Shown here piece by piece: positions 58,649-64,000 of a DNA stretch of 64,000 nt. The translations under genes and the position numbers were made by a program. Within the stretch, counting starts at the first letter, position 1, and every line of letters begins with the position of its first letter. Source of the DNA: Macrostomum lignano (lineage: Eukaryota); NCBI GenBank assembly GCA_002269645.1, contig NIVC01000493.1:372001-436000 (forward strand), in the 5' to 3' direction. Below the pieces are notes generated by a model, which ran no database searches, was not told the origin of the DNA, and saw only the letters and a program-made list of their open reading frames with translations.

Positions 58649-61600
58649 CTAGCAATCTTCGCCCCCCGTTGGGGGACATCTGTATAGAATCTCTGTTCTC
58701 TACAAGTAACAAAAAGATAGACAAAAAAAGCCTTCACAAAGAAAACAGACAAAATACTCAAAGGAAGTGCAATGCAGAAAGAAATCATCCCAAGACAGCA
58801 AGCATCCCCCAGATAGCAAGCATCCTCTAGATTGCAAGCAACCCTTGGATAGCAAGCATCCCCCAGATAGCAAGCATCCCCCAGATAGCAAGCATCCCCT
58901 AGATAGCAACCATCCCCCAGATAGCAAGCATCCTCCAGATAGCAAGCATCCCCCAGATAGCAAGCATCCCCCAGATAGCAAGCATCCCCCAGATAGCAAG
59001 CATCCCCCAGATAGCAAGCATCCCCCAGATAGCAAGCATCCCTCAGATAGCAAGCATCCCCCAGATAGCAAGCATCCCCCAGATAGCAAGCATCCCCCAG
59101 ATAGCAAGCATCCCTCAGATAGCAAGCATCCCCCAGATAGCAAGCATCCCTCAGATAGCAAGCATCCCCCAGATAGCAAGCATCCACCAGACAATAAGTA
59201 GCTAGTGCGACAATTTCCTTAGCATTATAGTGGCTCCTTTAAAATTCGCTTACTTTTACGTTTGAAATTGTGTAAATTTTATGTTTGACATGGTGGCTCT
59301 TTTATGTTCTACATGGCAACTCTTTTATGTTTGAAACAATGGCTTTTTAATGTCTGACATGGTGGCTTTTTAATGTTCGACAAAGTGGCTATTTAATGTT
59401 TGACAAGGTGGCTCTTTAATGTTCGACATGGTGGCTCTTTTGTTTTACATGGTGGCTCTTTAATGTTCGAAATGGTGGCTCTTTAATGTTTGACATAAAG
59501 ACACATATATGTTTGATATGGTGGGTCTTAAATGTTTGACATGGTGGCTCTTTAATGTTCTAAATGGTGGCTCTTTAATGTTTGACATGGTAGCTCTTTT
59601 ATGTTCGACAGGGTGGCTCTTTTAGGTTTGACATGGTGGCTCTTTTAGGTTTGACATGGTGGCTCTTAAATGTTCGACATGGTGGCTCTTTTATGTTTAA
59701 CATGGTGGCTCTTTAATGTTTGACATGGTGGCTCTTTAATGTTCTAAATGGTGGCTCTTTAATGTTTTACATGGTGGCTCTTAAATGTTTGACATGGTAG
59801 CTCTTTTATGTTGACATGGTGGTTCTTTTAGGTTTGACATGGTGGCTGGTTAATGTTCGGTATAATGGCCCTTTAATGTTCAACGTAGTGGCTCTTTAAT
59901 ATTCTACATGGTGGCTCTTTTATGTTTAACATGGTGGCTCTTTAATGTTCGAAATGGTGGCTCTTTTGTTTTACATGGTGGCTCTTTAATGTTTGGCATG
60001 GTGGCTCTTTTTTGTTCGAAATGGTGGCTCTTTTTTGTTCTACATGGTAACTCTTTTATATTTGATACGGTGGCTTTTTTAATGTCTGACATGTTGGCTC
60101 TTTTATGTTTGACATGGTGGCTCTTTAATGTTCGACAAAGTGGCTCCTAAATGTTTGACATAGTGGCTCTTTAATGTTCAAAATGGTGGCTCCTAAATGT
60201 TTGACATAGTGGCTCTTTAATGTTCAAAATGGTGGCTCTTTTATGTTCGACATGGTGGCTCTTTAATGTTCGAAATGGTGGCTCTTTAATGTTCAAAATA
60301 GTGGCTCTTTTATGTTCGACATGGTGGCTCTTTAATGTTCGAAATGGTGGCTCTTTAATGTACGACATAATGGCTTTTGAATGTTTGACATGGTGGCTCT
60401 TTAATGTTTGACATGGTAGCTCTGTTATGTTCGACATGGTGGCTCTTCTAGGTTTGACACGAAGGCTCTTAAATGCTTAACATGTTGGCTCTTTTATGTT
60501 TAACATGGTAGCTCTTTAATATTTTACATGGCGGCTACTTTATGTTCGACATGGTGGCTCTTTAATATTCTTCATGTTATAGCTCTTTCATGTTTGACAA
60601 GGTGGCTCTTTAATGTTCGAAATAGTGGCTCTTTAATGTTCGAAATGGTGGCTCTTTAATGTTTGACATAAAGTCACATATATGTTTGAGATGTTGGCTC
60701 TTAAATGTTTGACATAGTGGCTCCTTTATGTTTTACATGGTGGCTCTTCTATGTTTGACATGGTGGCTCTTTATTGTTTGACATGGTGGCTCTTTAATGT
60801 TTAACCTGGTGGCTCTTTTATGTTTGACACGGCGGCTCTCAAATGTTTGACAAAGTGGCTATTTAATGTTCGAAATGGCGGCTCTTTAAAGTTTGACATA
60901 AAGTCACATATATGTTTGAGATGGTGGCTCTTAAATGTTTGACATGGTGGCTCCTTTATGTTTTACATGGTGGCTCTTTATTGTTTGACATGGTGGCTCT
61001 TTAATGTTTAACCTGGTGGCTCTTTTATTTTTGACACGGCGGCTCTCAAATGTTTGACAAAGTGGCTATTTAATGTTTGAAATGGCGGCTCTAAAGTTTG
61101 ACATAAAGTCACATATATGTTTGAGATGGTGGCTCTTAAATGTTTGACATGGCGGCTCCTTTATGTTTTACATGGTGGCTCTTCTATGTTTGACATGGTG
61201 GCTCTTTAATGTTCTTCATGGTGGCTCTTTAATATTCTACATGGTGGCTCTTTTATGTTCGACATGGTGGCTTTTTAATGTTTGACATGGTGGCTCTTTT
61301 ATGTTTGACATGGTGTCTCTTTACTGTTTGACATGGTGGATCTTTAATGTTGAACCTGGTGGCTCTTTTATGTTTGACACGGCGGCTCTCAAATGTTTGA
61401 CAAAGTGGCTATTTAATGTTCGAAATGGTGGCTCTTTAAAGTTTGACATAAAGTCACATATATGTTTGACATGGTGGCTCTTAAATGTTTGACATGGTGG
61501 CTCTTAAATGTTTGACTTGGTGGTTCTTAAATGTTTGACATGGTGGCTCTTAAATGTTTGACATGGTGGCTCTTAAATGTTTGACATGGTGGCTCTTATT

Positions 61601-62616
61601 TGACATGTTGGACGTGGTGGCTTGTTTAGGTTTGACATGGTGGCTCTTATTTGACATGTTGGACGTGGTGGCTTGTTTAGGTTTGACATAGTGGCTCTTT
61701 TATGTTTGACATGGTGGCTTTTTAATCGTTGACATGGAGTCACGTATATGTTTGACATAGTGCTTATTTTATGCTTGGCATGGTGGCTCTTTAATGTTCG
61801 ACATGGTGGCTCTTCTATGTTTGACATTGCGCTTCTATTATGTTTAGCAGTTTTGTTGTGTTTTTAAGGTTTTGATAAAAAAATCTTTTTATACTACTAA
61901 GATTTGAACCCAGGTCGCTACATTAGCAGTCCAGTCTGTTCGCATCTTGGCTATCTCTTTTCAATTGGAGAACATGAATTGTGGCCCTTATAATTCAATT
62001 CTTACAGCAAATCAATTAAAGTAAAAAGTTATGACATAATGAATTTCTCAGTCAGCCAGTATCAGTCTCAATTTGAGTTAGTAATATTGGTTACGCAATT
62101 TAAATCAAGTCGTGTGTGCATTTCTTCGGCACTGTTTTCAACTTGTTGTGATGCAATCTTTATCACAATCGGAATTCAGCCAGTCAGTTTTTTCTCTAGC
62201 ATTCTTACAATGAATTTTAGGTCGAAAGAGCTGCTTGACCTTTGCAAAAAAGCATGTTTATTGGTTACGCAATTTAAATCAAGTCGTGTGTGCATTTCTT
62301 CGGCACTGTTTTCAACTTGTTGTGATGCAATCTTTATCACAATCGGAATTCAGCCAGTCAGTTTTTTCTCTAGCATTCTTACAATGAATTTTAGGTCGAA
62401 AGAGCTGCTTGACCTTTGCAAAAAAAGCATGTTTTTCGAATATTTAATCCCTTTAAAATTGAGCAATTTCTTAGCCAAGATGCATGTACCGTCCCAGGAA
62501 AATTTCTGATCAAATGGTGCAAGTTTGAAGAAAATCGGTTGAGCCATTTTTTCTGAAATCTATCGCATACCTACCCACATACATACATACAGACAACTCA
62601 TTTTTAGTATATTGGA
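58649..62616 (-). mobile_element. Helitron-like element, copy C (3968 bp), joined head-to-tail to B and D
   Basis: Plus-strand junction TTTTTAGTATATTGGA|CTAGCAATCTTCG at both ends; internal 174-bp duplication (62085 / 62259). Confidence 0.87.
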
Positions 62617-64000
62617 CTAGCAATCTTCGCCCCCCGATGGGGGACATCTGGTTAGAATCCTTGTTCTTTACAAATAACAAATAGACAGCGAACTAAAGCC
62701 TTCAAAAAACAACAACAGACATTCCCTCTAAAAACAAAACATCCCAAGACAGCAAGCATCCTCAGACAGCATTCAAGCATCGATCCCAAAATAGCAAGCA
62801 TCCCCCAGGTAGCAAGCATCCCCCGATAGCAAGCAACCCCAGATAGCAAGCATCCGCAGATAGCAAGCATTCCCCAGACCCCAGATAGTAAGCATCCCCC
62901 AGATAGCAAGCATCCCCCAGATCGCAAGCATCCCCCAGATCGCAAGCATCCCCCAGATAGCAAGCACCCCAAATAGTAAGCATCCACCATACAATAAGTA
63001 AAGTAGCTAGTGCTACAATTTCCTTAGCTCTATAGTGGCTCCTTTAAAATTGGCATGACGCTTACTTTTACGTTTGAAATTGTGTAAATTTTATGTTTGA
63101 CATGGTGGCTCTTTAATGTTTGACATGGTGGCTTTTTAATGTTTGACATGGTGGCTCTTTAATGTTTGACATGGTGGCTCTTTTATGTTCTACATGGTGG
63201 CTCTCTTATGTTTGATTCAGGGTTTTTTTAATGTCTGACATGGTGTCTCTTTATTGTTTGACATGGTGGCGTTTTACTGTTTGACATTATGGCTCTTTAA
63301 TTTTTGACATGGTGGCTCTTTTATGTTGGACATGGTGGCTCTTTTTTGCTTGACATGGTGGCTCTTTACTGTTTGACATGGTGGCTCTTTAATGTTCGAA
63401 ATGGTGGCTCTTTAATGTTTGACATGATGGCTCTTTTATGTTTGACATGGTGGCTCTTTTATGTTGGACATAGTGGTTCTTTAATGTTCGACATTGGTTG
63501 CTCTTTTATGTTCAAAAAGGTGGCTTTTTAATGTTAGACATGGTGGCTCTTTAATGTTCGACATGGTGGCTCTTTAATGTTAGACATGGTGGCTCTTTAT
63601 TGTTCGACATGATGGCTCTTTAATGTTTGACATTGCGGCTCTTTAATGTTTGACATGGTGGCTCCTTTATGTTTGACATGGTGGCTCTTTTTTGATTGAC
63701 ATGGTGGCTCCTTTATGTTTGACATGATGGCTCTTTTATGTTTGACATGGTGGCTCTTTAATGTTTTACGTGGTGGCTCTTTAATGTTCTTCATGGTAGC
63801 TCTTTTATGTTTGACATGGAGTCACGAATATACTTGACATGGTGACTCGTTATTGTTCGACATGGTGGCTCTTCTATGTTTGACATGGTAGCACTTTAAT
63901 GTTTGACATGCTAGCTCTATAATGTTTGACATGGAGTCACATATATGTTGGACATGGTGGCTCTTTAATGTTCGACATGGTGGCTCTTTAATGTTTGACA
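62617..64000 (-). mobile_element. Helitron-like element, copy D (truncated by the window end)
   Basis: CTAG plus hairpin at 62617, 18-bp array, spacer, then 23-bp array running to the end of the window. Confidence 0.82.

Overview
Intron-rich invertebrate (metazoan) genomic DNA; the GC-rich exons, short introns and dense minisatellites suggest a free-living flatworm, but that assignment is inference. Six protein-coding genes can be assembled from GT-AG boundaries with consistent phases. Two are tandem minus-strand insulin-like peptide (ILP) genes that the ORF track misses because their A-chains sit on separate exons (1386-1952, 4765-5310). The others are SEC63 (7 exons, 9456-20317, minus), an innexin (29306-31102, minus), a type II membrane FkbM-family methyltransferase (39495-41407, plus) and a nicotinic acetylcholine receptor alpha-type subunit (7 exons, 43827-54922, minus). 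A possible orphan gene starts at 22026 (plus). The rest is about 20 distinct minisatellites, tRNA-derived SINEs, degenerate LINE fragments, hAT and Mutator-like MITEs with target-site duplications, and a non-autonomous Helitron family: one solo copy (35705-39075) and a head-to-tail CTAG|TC concatemer running from 55794 off the window end. Best leads are (1) the ILP pair with a non-canonical, odd-numbered cysteine framework and a shared glycosylation sequon, (2) the nAChR subunit with a remodelled ligand pocket and an acidic M2 4-prime residue, and (3) the Helitron concatemer carrying expanding satellites and a tRNA-like cassette.
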